47,081 nucleotides of DNA, taken from the IMG/VR virus record IMGVR_UViG_3300016667_000284, positions 1 through 47,081 of that record; one strand, written 5' to 3'. The stretch's first letter is position 1. Every line of letters begins with the position of its first letter. Shown one piece after another: positions 18,376 to 27,098 of the stretch. The stretch is from a virus. Both the position numbers and the translations under genes were made by a program. The notes below the pieces were generated by a model. It saw only the letters and a list, made by a program, of their open reading frames with translations. It was not told the DNA's origin and made no database searches.

Positions 18376-18614
18376 GGAGTGGTCGTATACCCCTTGGCGA
18401 AGGCATAGAGGCCGGCAATCGTCGCGCCGATACCGCCGAGCCACTTGATCGCCCGGCCGAACCACGAAGCAGCCTCCCACGCGCGGATGATGTCGCGCAG
18501 CGTACTCATGTCCTCCTTGATCGGGCGAACATCCTCACGCAGAGAACGCAATTCCTTCAAAATCGCCTGCTGGATGGGGTCGGAGACGTGTTCAATAAGA
18601 GAATCCAGGTCCAT
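18372..18614 (-). CDS. C-terminally membrane-anchored small protein
   Basis: 80 aa. Charged helical N-terminus and one C-terminal hydrophobic segment (WLGGIGATIAGLYAFA). Coupled to terL. Confidence 0.5.
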   Translation of the reverse strand: MDLDSLIEHVSDPIQQAILKELRSLREDVRPIKEDMSTLRDIIRAWEAASWFGRAIKWLGGIGATIAGLYAFAKGYTTTP

Positions 18615-18616
18615 TT

Positions 18617-19102
18617 CTACCCCCTGACCAGCAAAAGATCGGCGCTTCCGATGACAATAAAATCAGCCGCCCTTGGGCGGATGAAGGACGCCACTACGGC
18701 AGTCCTTCCGTCGATTTCGACAGCCCCTGTGGCAACGACCACACCAACTCCTGCGGGAATGGTGGTATTTCCGCTTGCAACGATGTGTTCGATCGCTTTC
18801 TCGGAAGAGCCGTTGCGCGAAAGACACATCCACTTCGCGCCCTGCGGCCCTGCCTTCAGAAGCATTTCTGAATGCCCCACATGGTCGTTCGACCAGCCAT
18901 TTTCCGCGTTCGGTCGCCATACCCCCACGCTATCGAAGACGCGCCCCGGAATAGCGCCTTCAAGCATTTCCGTGCTGCCATGGTAGTAGAAAACGCCATA
19001 ACTCTCTGACGATGCCGTTTGGACGAAACGGAACTCTTCTCCCACGTCCAGCGTCACGATGTCGACGTTGAGCGCGCTGTAGCGATACACAACGTCACGC
19101 AT
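18617..19102 (-). CDS. hypothetical beta-rich protein
   Basis: About 161 aa. GTG 19105 or ATG 19102 as start. Confidence 0.5.
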   Translation of the reverse strand: MRDVVYRYSALNVDIVTLDVGEEFRFVQTASSESYGVFYYHGSTEMLEGAIPGRVFDSVGVWRPNAENGWSNDHVGHSEMLLKAGPQGAKWMCLSRNGSSEKAIEHIVASGNTTIPAGVGVVVATGAVEIDGRTAVVASFIRPRAADFIVIGSADLLLVRG

Positions 19103-19215
19103 CACAGTTCCTCCGGCTGGTTGAACTGCTCAAGCACGACAGGATAGCCGTCGTCGGTCTCACCCTCGACAACGAGCGGCTGAGGGGCTTGTGGTGCCGC
19201 AGCTTCTTCATCCAT
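19102..19215 (-). CDS. tiny acidic ORF (37 aa)
   Basis: MDEEAAAPQAPQPLVVEGETDDGYPVVLEQFNQPEEL. GAGG 8 nt upstream. Its stop overlaps the next start. Confidence 0.25.
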   Translation of the reverse strand: MDEEAAAPQAPQPLVVEGETDDGYPVVLEQFNQPEEL

Positions 19216-19219
19216 GACG

Positions 19220-19600
19220 CTACCTCAGATAGACCTGCACCGTCCCCGTAAACGGAGTGGTGCCAATGGTCGGCGTGTTGAACGTGGTGTACCCGCCGCT
19301 GGAGTTGTACGATCCGGTGCCGAGGGAATAGACTGTCCCGGCGATCTGGATCTGCGAGAAGGCGGTGGTTACGTTACCGGCAAGCATCACGACAACCGTA
19401 GACGACAGGGTAGTGTGGTAGATGCCCTTGATCGTGATGCCGTTGGCAGAGGCAGGGGAGATCGAGCCGAATGCCGTTCCAGTGGCTGTGGCGTCAGCAT
19501 ATCCCGTGTAGAAGAATGGCGTCTTGCCTCCGCTGGAGTACGATCCAGAAGTGATCGTTTCCAGATACCCGCCAAGCGTCAGGCTTGCGGCTATCGCCAT
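19220..19600 (-). CDS. Gly/Thr/Ser-rich small fibre-associated protein
   Basis: ATG 19600 (MAIAASLTLGG...), 126 aa, directly after the fibre gene. A GTG at 19612 is an alternative start. Confidence 0.45.
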   Translation of the reverse strand: MAIAASLTLGGYLETITSGSYSSGGKTPFFYTGYADATATGTAFGSISPASANGITIKGIYHTTLSSTVVVMLAGNVTTAFSQIQIAGTVYSLGTGSYNSSGGYTTFNTPTIGTTPFTGTVQVYLR

Positions 19601-19608
19601 TACGCCGG

Positions 19609-20922
19609 TCACGAGACGTTTCCGCTTACAACCCAGGTCGTGCTGGCGACCTTGATCACCGTGCATACGCCGTAGGCGGCAATCGTGCGAGTTCCCGTGC
19701 TGGCTGTCCCGGCCTGCCGCAGTGTGTCCGTGGTGATCGAGAGCGTCTGTCCGGCGTTGCTGTTGTTGTAGATGACAATCGAAGCGCCTATCGGGAACGC
19801 GACGCTCGCGTTCGCGGGGATCACCACGCCTCCGGTGGTGGTGGAAATCATGGTTCCAGCGTCTGCCAGTGCGAGGGTGTAACTGGCAGTCTTGGACGTT
19901 ACCGGGAGGCCCTTGTAGCCGACATCCTGAAATGCGCCGTATCCGTCCAGTACCTGGAAGCCGGTGGAAGTGGCCTTGGCCACATCGACACCGCCGCCTG
20001 ACAGGAAGACATTGGCACCGCGGACCTTCATGTCCTTCCACACGGAACCGCTGCGGTCATAAGCCTGCACGTAGCCGATGGAGGCGGAATAGAGCGTCTC
20101 CACGCCAGACCCAGCCGCAGGCGCGCCTGCTCCGGTTACGCGCTGCGTGTACGACCAGTTCGACATACCGGTGATGTCGATTGTGGCCGCGTCAGCGCCC
20201 AGCGCTGCGCTGTAGAACGACAGGAGATCTAATCCTGTGCCCTGCCGGATGTACCAGTCATTGCCGCCTGTCCCACCTCCGATGCGGACGCCGACATTAC
20301 CCTGTGACTGGCTCTTGCGTGCCACGGAGGTATATGCGTCTCCAGCATCCTTCTTGGCGCCGAGAAGGTAAGTCCCGGCCGTCTCCGTCCCGGCCGCAAG
20401 CCCGCCTTGCGCGCGGAATGTCCCGGTGATGTCAAGGCTGGTGAAGCCGATCTTGGAGGAAGTGACGGCGCCATCCGCTATCTTGGGTGTCGTTACCGCG
20501 CCGTCCGGTACGACTGTGGTGGTCGATCCATAGATGATCACCCATTTCCCGGCCGCAAGGTCGGTCGCAAAGGTGCCGGACGTATGCGCCGTGGCACAGA
20601 TATAGGTGCTGCCGGAATTGGTCACGACATCGTTGACGGCGTAGACCACAGGCGTCGCCCACGCGCCACGGATGTTCCAGAGCGATGACGCGCTGAAATA
20701 TGCGATCAGGTCAGGAGCAGCCTGCGCGATACCAACAGAGCCACTGACCAGTTCGCCGTCGTCGCGCTGGATAAGCGCGAGGTTCGCCAGCGTGGCATCA
20801 AGTGTCGACTTGACTGCGTTGAACTCGGCGTCGAGCTGTACGCCAGGCTGCTGGTCGGACGGGTAATTCGAGGAAAAGCCCGTGAAGTCATACTGTCGCG
20901 AATAGGCGGTCGGCTGGGACAT
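19609..20922 (-). CDS. tail fibre protein
   Basis: 437 aa. The N-terminal ~130 aa is homologous to the N-terminus of the 20978..23581 product (NLxLIQRDD..., HTS..F..DL..GKW). Confidence 0.7.
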   Translation of the reverse strand: MSQPTAYSRQYDFTGFSSNYPSDQQPGVQLDAEFNAVKSTLDATLANLALIQRDDGELVSGSVGIAQAAPDLIAYFSASSLWNIRGAWATPVVYAVNDVVTNSGSTYICATAHTSGTFATDLAAGKWVIIYGSTTTVVPDGAVTTPKIADGAVTSSKIGFTSLDITGTFRAQGGLAAGTETAGTYLLGAKKDAGDAYTSVARKSQSQGNVGVRIGGGTGGNDWYIRQGTGLDLLSFYSAALGADAATIDITGMSNWSYTQRVTGAGAPAAGSGVETLYSASIGYVQAYDRSGSVWKDMKVRGANVFLSGGGVDVAKATSTGFQVLDGYGAFQDVGYKGLPVTSKTASYTLALADAGTMISTTTGGVVIPANASVAFPIGASIVIYNNSNAGQTLSITTDTLRQAGTASTGTRTIAAYGVCTVIKVASTTWVVSGNVS

Positions 20923-20977
20923 GGCTTCTACCTCAGATGTTGGCCCGTTCTATCGGTGTCGGCCTCCAAAATCAATT

Positions 20978-23581
20978 CTAGAGGTTGCTGGTCGAAGACA
21001 CGAGCAGCCAGTGCGTCCCGCTGAAAAGGAGATGCGCCACGTCGTTGATCGTATTCAACGTCACGCTCGCATTCGCCGGAGTCTGGATGCCGTAGCTTGC
21101 CGCGCCTGAGGTTGTCACGTCGCGCAGAACGATGTCGCGCGCACTGTCCGAGGTCCGCAGGTAGATCACATCCCCAGCTCGGAAACCTGTATTCGCATAC
21201 GGCATGATCCGGTCGAGATCGTCGCTCGCCGCCGCGCCTTCGGTGTCAGCGCGAAGCATGATGACGCGGTTCTGGTTCTCCACCACCTCGATCACGCCGG
21301 ATGCGATCGTGTACGTCGCACCGTTATCGGCGTACTTGGTCTGGATGTAGCTGGACGAGCCGAAGCTGGAGGAAATTACGCCGTCTGCATCCTGGAAGTC
21401 GATCTCGTTGCCCATGGAGTACGACAACCCGGCCCAATCGGCCTTAGGATAGGTGGTCGTGTCAGTGACGGAACCGACGGCAGTGCCGTAGATGGTATAT
21501 CCGGCATTACCGCCCTTCGGGCGGCGCCATGTGTTCCGCTCCACTGCGATGTCAGGGCAGTTGGAAGTGGCGTTGAACAACGCAACGAATGCCCCACCGC
21601 CAGTATAGCGGAACGAGCCATCCATGGTGTTGTTGCGGAACGTAACTCCTGCCGAATACTGCGACAGGTCGGCAAGGAACCGCCCCATGTAGCTGTGGCT
21701 GTTGTTGGCGTAGGTGATGTAGCGCTTGGAAGACGACTTGTAGGTAGTGCTAAAGCTGGTATTGAGACCGACGAAGCAGTGGGAGATGGAATTGCTGGAA
21801 ATATCAGCCAGCACATTGCCCCACTGCCACTCCAGCGTGTTGCTGTCACGAATGTCCACCGCGCCGTAGAAACCACGGATCGTGTTCCCGCGAACAACAG
21901 CTCGGCGAGGCCCGCCGTAGGCGAGGACGATACCGTATGTCGGAGACGCCACAGAGCCATCCGTTGTGTCCACGTTTCCGTACAGCCGGTTATCTGTGAT
22001 CGTGGGCATGTATCCACGGATGGTGACGGCATCATCACCACACCCCGCAATCACGTTGCCGTTCCAGTTCTCCTGGTAGCTTCCGGGGTGGCTGGTCAGG
22101 CCCTCGTAGCAATTCAGGAACCACGAGTTCTTGCAGAACGGGCGGATATTGACGTGCTGCGCAGACGAGGAATACGAGAAGTCGACAGACTGGCCGCTAT
22201 AACTGTCCCATACTCGCTCGAAGCCACAGTCCTGCGAGCCGATGACGAAGAAGCGGTTCATCGTGCCGTGCATCGAGGCATAGGACCACGCGAGCGACGG
22301 ATCGTTCACATGGAACATCATCCGCTCACTGCCGCCACCGACGCATTGCAGCGAGTTCTGGATGCTGATTGACTTGCCGGCGAGGCGACCGCGCTCGATC
22401 ACGTCAGGGGAAATGATACAGCGCACAGCCCAATTCGTCTCGAAGATCGACGAGCCGGACACAGCACGGGAGAACTTTCCGCCAAGAACGCGCGCATTGA
22501 CGCAGGGCGTAACCTTTTTCGCCGCAGACGTAGTGCGCAGCGTTTCCGTCTCCCCGGCAGCCGTGGTCTTGTAGCTGGCGAAGATGATGGCGTCAGCCAG
22601 CGTCACCGTGGACGAAGACGGCGCAGCCTGGACGTAATGGAACTCGGAGAAATAGGCGTACGGCAGGCTCGCCGTGCCATCCCCCAACCACCAGCCACCC
22701 GCGTCAGTGCGCGACAGCGCATTGCGCTGCGAGACAAGGTGAATGAGATCACCGGCAGCGAAGCCGTGGCTCGCAATAAACGACAGCGCGGTATCGCCGT
22801 TGGTGGCATCCGCGCCAAAGGACACTTCAGGGCCAACGGTGCCGTAGAACGTCACGCACGGAGACGGAGCGCCATCACAGTAGATCGTGACGCTCGGGTC
22901 CACCAACCACGTCACATTGGACGCCATATTGACTGCGGAAAGCAGGGTGTACGGGCCGCCACCAGAGGTATGGACCGTTCCGCCTCCAGCCAGTGACACG
23001 GCATCAATCGCGCGCTGCACTGCCAGAGCATAATCGTTTCCGTCCCCCAATTGCCGGAAAAGAGCGGGGTTGACGTAGTTTTCCATCGACTTCGACATGT
23101 CCTCGACGGTGCCGCCGGAGGCGGTTCCGATGAGGGATGCGCCCTGAGTCGAAGCGAGCAGCGCGAGAAGGTTGGAGTATCCGGCGGGGTCGAAGATCGG
23201 GCCGATGATCTTTTTGGCCGCAAGGTCTGCGGCAAAATCGACGGCGGTGTGGTCGACAAGCGCGACGTAGAGCGCGCCACTGCTCTCCACTATGTCACCA
23301 ATAGTGAGCGTCTTTGCAACAGCCCATGACCCATTGAGGCGCAGCGATGCGCCGGACAGCATGGCCAGCACAACGTCGTCCAGCGCCTCGGGATGGACCG
23401 TCTTGTTGGCCAGCGCCGTGTCGTCGCGCTGGATAAGGCCGAGATTGGTACGGATCTGCTCGATCGTGAGCCGCGCCTCGTCAAACTCCTTGTCGAGATT
23501 GACGCCAAGCGTGGCCGTGGCCTTCCCGGCCTCGGTGCCGGTGAAGCGCGTCAGGCGTGTGTAAGGATCAGGCTGCGCCAT
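20978..23581 (-). CDS. tailspike with right-handed beta-helix (pectate-lyase-like depolymerase)
   Basis: 867 aa from ATG 23581 (MAQPDPYTRL...). QRAIDAVSLAGGGTVHTSGGGPYTL-type motif and repetitive beta-helix-like sequence. Confidence 0.75.
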   Translation of the reverse strand: MAQPDPYTRLTRFTGTEAGKATATLGVNLDKEFDEARLTIEQIRTNLGLIQRDDTALANKTVHPEALDDVVLAMLSGASLRLNGSWAVAKTLTIGDIVESSGALYVALVDHTAVDFAADLAAKKIIGPIFDPAGYSNLLALLASTQGASLIGTASGGTVEDMSKSMENYVNPALFRQLGDGNDYALAVQRAIDAVSLAGGGTVHTSGGGPYTLLSAVNMASNVTWLVDPSVTIYCDGAPSPCVTFYGTVGPEVSFGADATNGDTALSFIASHGFAAGDLIHLVSQRNALSRTDAGGWWLGDGTASLPYAYFSEFHYVQAAPSSSTVTLADAIIFASYKTTAAGETETLRTTSAAKKVTPCVNARVLGGKFSRAVSGSSIFETNWAVRCIISPDVIERGRLAGKSISIQNSLQCVGGGSERMMFHVNDPSLAWSYASMHGTMNRFFVIGSQDCGFERVWDSYSGQSVDFSYSSSAQHVNIRPFCKNSWFLNCYEGLTSHPGSYQENWNGNVIAGCGDDAVTIRGYMPTITDNRLYGNVDTTDGSVASPTYGIVLAYGGPRRAVVRGNTIRGFYGAVDIRDSNTLEWQWGNVLADISSNSISHCFVGLNTSFSTTYKSSSKRYITYANNSHSYMGRFLADLSQYSAGVTFRNNTMDGSFRYTGGGAFVALFNATSNCPDIAVERNTWRRPKGGNAGYTIYGTAVGSVTDTTTYPKADWAGLSYSMGNEIDFQDADGVISSSFGSSSYIQTKYADNGATYTIASGVIEVVENQNRVIMLRADTEGAAASDDLDRIMPYANTGFRAGDVIYLRTSDSARDIVLRDVTTSGAASYGIQTPANASVTLNTINDVAHLLFSGTHWLLVSSTSNL

Positions 23582-24378
23582 CAAAAAGCCCCCGTCTTGG
23601 CGTTCAACCACGTTTCAACCTGTGCAAGCTGGTCTGCGGTAACTGCACCACCACGCACAATCGCTCCGTACAAGCGGCCATTAAACGGAGCAGACGTTCC
23701 TGCACGGCGACCGATATACAAGGGATACGTGCCGTAGTTACCGGTCCCTTGGTCTAGCGTGGCGTTACCATACTGAGTACCATTGATACGCAGGTCAGCC
23801 CTGTCGTTGGCAATGTCCCCAAGGCCAACCAAGACTGAGGTATTAGGAGATGCAAACCCTGCTTGGATTGTGCTACCGCCCACACCAGAGCCACGAGAGG
23901 CAAAGCCATAGTTAGCCGCGCTTGAACTTGGTGCAAAAAGACCGAAGGCTCCGGCATTAGATGCCCACACCGCGCTGGTCTCAAGCACAACACCGCTCAC
24001 TGCATCGCTTAGCTTGCGGACGCCTGCCGCAAGCATGATCTTGTCCGACGCGGTGAAAGCGATATTCGCCGTTGCAAGACCATCGTCTACACCGTCAAAC
24101 GACAGGTAATATCGACCAGAGGCATCCTGTTGCAGTGTTGGACGCTGGCTCGCCGTCGCCTGGGAGGCATGGTTCCCACGTCCAGACTTGTCGCGGATCA
24201 GGGCGACAGACTGCCCGGTCGCTGTAACTGGCGTCGTGCCACCTGTATCCTGAAACATCGTCGATAAATCGGACGGATCATACCACACGCCCTGCTCGCC
24301 AGCGGCAAAGAGGACGAGAGGCGTGAAAGGCGCCCGCCGCATGAAGACAGGCGAAGTGCCCAGGCCGATACCGGGCAT
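23581..24378 (-). CDS. LamG / concanavalin-like lectin domain protein
   Basis: 265 aa from ATG 24378. C-terminal ...PLYIGRRAGTSAPFNGRLYGAIV... typical of Laminin_G_3. Visibly lower GC than its neighbours. Confidence 0.55.
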   Translation of the reverse strand: MPGIGLGTSPVFMRRAPFTPLVLFAAGEQGVWYDPSDLSTMFQDTGGTTPVTATGQSVALIRDKSGRGNHASQATASQRPTLQQDASGRYYLSFDGVDDGLATANIAFTASDKIMLAAGVRKLSDAVSGVVLETSAVWASNAGAFGLFAPSSSAANYGFASRGSGVGGSTIQAGFASPNTSVLVGLGDIANDRADLRINGTQYGNATLDQGTGNYGTYPLYIGRRAGTSAPFNGRLYGAIVRGGAVTADQLAQVETWLNAKTGAF

Positions 24379-24644
24379 CAGTAGCCCACGAGGATCGAGG
24401 TGGCCGTGGTGTTGGTCGACATCACGACGCGGGGGCAGATCGGGTGCCACACACCGGCCGCAAGGCCGGTGATCGTGACCGCCGCCGTGTCATCGACGAG
24501 GATGACCGCCACGTTGCCCGTACCGCCGACATAGAGTCCTCGGGGGTAGACGCCGTTGAGCTTGAGTTCGGCATTGTCTGCCGGCGTCACGGCGCGAACC
24601 GCGGTGATGCCATAAATGCGTTCGTGGCTGTCTGCTTGCGCCAT
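24378..24644 (-). CDS. spike base protein-like (Rhodobacter GTA Rcc01079-type family)
   Basis: 88 aa. Pattern TPADN..L......RGLYVGGTGNVAV.......V...GLAAG...P....V..T.TTATSILV recalled for this family. Confidence 0.5.
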   Translation of the reverse strand: MAQADSHERIYGITAVRAVTPADNAELKLNGVYPRGLYVGGTGNVAVILVDDTAAVTITGLAAGVWHPICPRVVMSTNTTATSILVGY

Positions 24645-24689
24645 CAGGGCCTCCTGTTGGCCAACCTATACCAGCAACGGCCGACAGCC

Positions 24690-25043
24690 TCAATCAAGAA
24701 ACCGGAGCTTGTATGCCGTCTTCTGGTAGTGGCTGACGATCGTGTCGATCTGGTTCTGGAACTCCGGCACGTCATCCAGCGTGCGACGGATCTTGCGGAA
24801 CTCTGCGATCCTGGCCGTGATGTGCGCCAACGGCTCCCTGGCCGTCACCGACGGCGTGGCAGGGATGTCGGCAAGCTCCTGCTCGCAGCCCTGCCAGCAT
24901 TCCACCAGCTCGTCAGCGAAGCCCGGCAGGGCGTCGTAGAAATCCCCCAGCGCCATGTGCTGCGCGTAGGACTTCGTGCGCCAGTGCGCGCGATGGCCGA
25001 AGTCGCGGTCGGCGAGGAGGAGGGAGACGAGGCGCTCGATCAT
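24690..25043 (-). CDS. Dps/ferritin-like four-helix-bundle protein candidate
   Basis: 117 aa from ATG 25043. HWRTKSYAQHMALGDFYDALPGFADELVE shows Dps-like H..H..D...E spacing. Confidence 0.4.
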   Translation of the reverse strand: MIERLVSLLLADRDFGHRAHWRTKSYAQHMALGDFYDALPGFADELVECWQGCEQELADIPATPSVTAREPLAHITARIAEFRKIRRTLDDVPEFQNQIDTIVSHYQKTAYKLRFLD

Positions 25044-27007
25044 GCTGCGCCCTGCTGCGTGACAACCCAGCCATTGTGCGCTGTCGGATTGCGCCGCCAA
25101 GTCAGTTCAACGGCGTAGTTGTCACTGCTGATCGTCGCCTTGGTAATGCCGCCCGCCTTGATGACCAGCGTATTCGCGCCATTCACCGCCCCGCGCGACA
25201 ACACCGTCACCGTGTAGCCGTTGAACAGGAAGTTGGTGTCGTTCATGATCTCGACGGTGCGGCTTGCGGTCAAAGCCGTTTGCGCAACGATCACGGTCGG
25301 CCCGCCATTGGTCGCCAGCGTGTAGTTCGCATCCCCGATGTCGTCGGACAGGCGGCGGACGTTGTTCCGGCCATAGGTGACGAAGTTTGCGCCCACGCCG
25401 CCGCCGATGCTGGTCATGGGGATGAGATACCCCGTCCCGCCGTCATCGTTGTAGCCGATCACCACGTTGCCCGCGCTCGCGCCGCTCAAGGTCACGTTGG
25501 CCGGGGCCTGCGACAGGTTGGTCAAGAAATACTCGATCTTGAACTCGCGCACCGCGCCGCTGAAGATCGAAAGGGCATTGGTCGTGTTGAACACGCTTTG
25601 CGTGCCACCGAAGAACAACTGGCGGATGCGCACCGCGCAACTCGGGGCATAGATGAGCGCGCTTCCCGTGAAGGCGTGCGTGCCGGTGTAGTTCAACGTC
25701 TCCAGTTTCAGGCAGTCTATATCCATTATCGCGCCGCTTTGCAGGCTGAAAAGCTGCTGCCCGGTGCCGCCACCAGAGTTGGTCCCGACCGACCCAAGGC
25801 ACTCGATGGTGCCGATGGTCCAGTTGTAGCCCTTCACGTTGTTGAACGCGGGCTTGGACATGATGCTCATCTCGACGACGAACCGCCCCCACTTGTTGTT
25901 GGGAACGCCGTTGACCGCACCGGTCCAGTCCATTGCCGAGCCGCTGGTCGTGGCTGTGAACCGCAGGTCGTCCCAATCCGAACCCCACGGCCCCCCGATA
26001 CCGGACACCACCTTGATCGCATCGTAGGCGTTGTTGAACGCAATGCGCCGGAACGTCGACCAGTAGACCATCGACGAGAACCGGATCAGCGAAGCCGACG
26101 TGTTCGTGGATGGCTGCGGAGCCGCGAACTGGAGGTTCACATCCTCCAGCAGGATGGAATGGAAGCCTCCGGCGTTGCTGGGGGCCTTGCCGCCAAGATC
26201 CAGAAGGGGTGTGTTCTCCGCCATCTGCGCGAACACCGTCGTCTCGGGGCCGTCCCCACTGACACCCCAGCCGTAGGTGTGATCCGTCGCGATGGTGGCG
26301 CTGACGCAGTATAACCCGGAAGGGGCGTAGCCCTTGGCGTGGTTCGCCGTCAGGTAGTTGATGAACGCCTGCACGGCAACCGTGTCATCCGTGCCGTAGA
26401 GGCACTGCTTGCCGCTGACAGTCGTGGACGCCGCATCAGCAAGATTGATGCGGTTACTCGATACGACAGAGGCAATCGTGGTTAGCAGGTTAGTGCCCGC
26501 TGCACCCGCCCCAGGCACAACAATGTCCTTACCTACGTCAGAAGACGAGAAAGTACTAAGGGAAAGATTCGATACCAACTGTTTTGAACCGGCAGAGATA
26601 CCCGCGCCAACTGCGTACACCCCATCGCCCTTCGCGCCGAAATCCTTGATCGACACCACCTCACGGAACTTGTCTCGCGCCGAAAGCGTATACGTGTCTG
26701 CCGCGCCATGGCGGTAGTACAGCCCGTCAAGATTGTCCCCCGGAGCATCAAGCGCGCCGCGCTTCACAAGGTCGATACCGACCGTCAGCGTGGAGCCCGG
26801 CGCGACAGCGAAGCTGGCGGGCCAGGCGAAGCTGAAAGTAGTGGTGCCGTAGGTAATGGCAATCGGCCATGAACTCCCGGCATACCGCACCGTCCCGGTG
26901 CGCTTCAGGTCCGCGACGGCGTAGCCGGCGGGGAGCGGTCCCGTGACCGTCGCACCGGGAGCGATGCTGGAACTGCCAGTTCCGATGATGAAGCCTACCG
27001 ATGCCAT
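25040..27007 (-). CDS. tailspike / polysaccharide depolymerase (pectate_lyase_3-like beta-helix)
   Basis: 655 aa. VSIKDFGAKGDGV motif. N-terminus unrelated to the other two receptor-binding proteins. Confidence 0.75.
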   Translation of the reverse strand: MASVGFIIGTGSSSIAPGATVTGPLPAGYAVADLKRTGTVRYAGSSWPIAITYGTTTFSFAWPASFAVAPGSTLTVGIDLVKRGALDAPGDNLDGLYYRHGAADTYTLSARDKFREVVSIKDFGAKGDGVYAVGAGISAGSKQLVSNLSLSTFSSSDVGKDIVVPGAGAAGTNLLTTIASVVSSNRINLADAASTTVSGKQCLYGTDDTVAVQAFINYLTANHAKGYAPSGLYCVSATIATDHTYGWGVSGDGPETTVFAQMAENTPLLDLGGKAPSNAGGFHSILLEDVNLQFAAPQPSTNTSASLIRFSSMVYWSTFRRIAFNNAYDAIKVVSGIGGPWGSDWDDLRFTATTSGSAMDWTGAVNGVPNNKWGRFVVEMSIMSKPAFNNVKGYNWTIGTIECLGSVGTNSGGGTGQQLFSLQSGAIMDIDCLKLETLNYTGTHAFTGSALIYAPSCAVRIRQLFFGGTQSVFNTTNALSIFSGAVREFKIEYFLTNLSQAPANVTLSGASAGNVVIGYNDDGGTGYLIPMTSIGGGVGANFVTYGRNNVRRLSDDIGDANYTLATNGGPTVIVAQTALTASRTVEIMNDTNFLFNGYTVTVLSRGAVNGANTLVIKAGGITKATISSDNYAVELTWRRNPTAHNGWVVTQQGAA

Positions 27008-27062
27008 GGGAACCCCTGTTGGTGCTGTCGGTCACTGCATACCAGCGCGCGCCAGCGCGCTC

Positions 27063-27098
27063 AACAAAAAATGCCCCCGGCAAGGGGAAGCCGGGGGC
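27063..27098 (-). terminator. strong rho-independent terminator
   Basis: Minus strand reads GCCCCCGGC-uuccccuu-GCCGGGGGC followed by AUUUUUUGUU. Confidence 0.75.
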
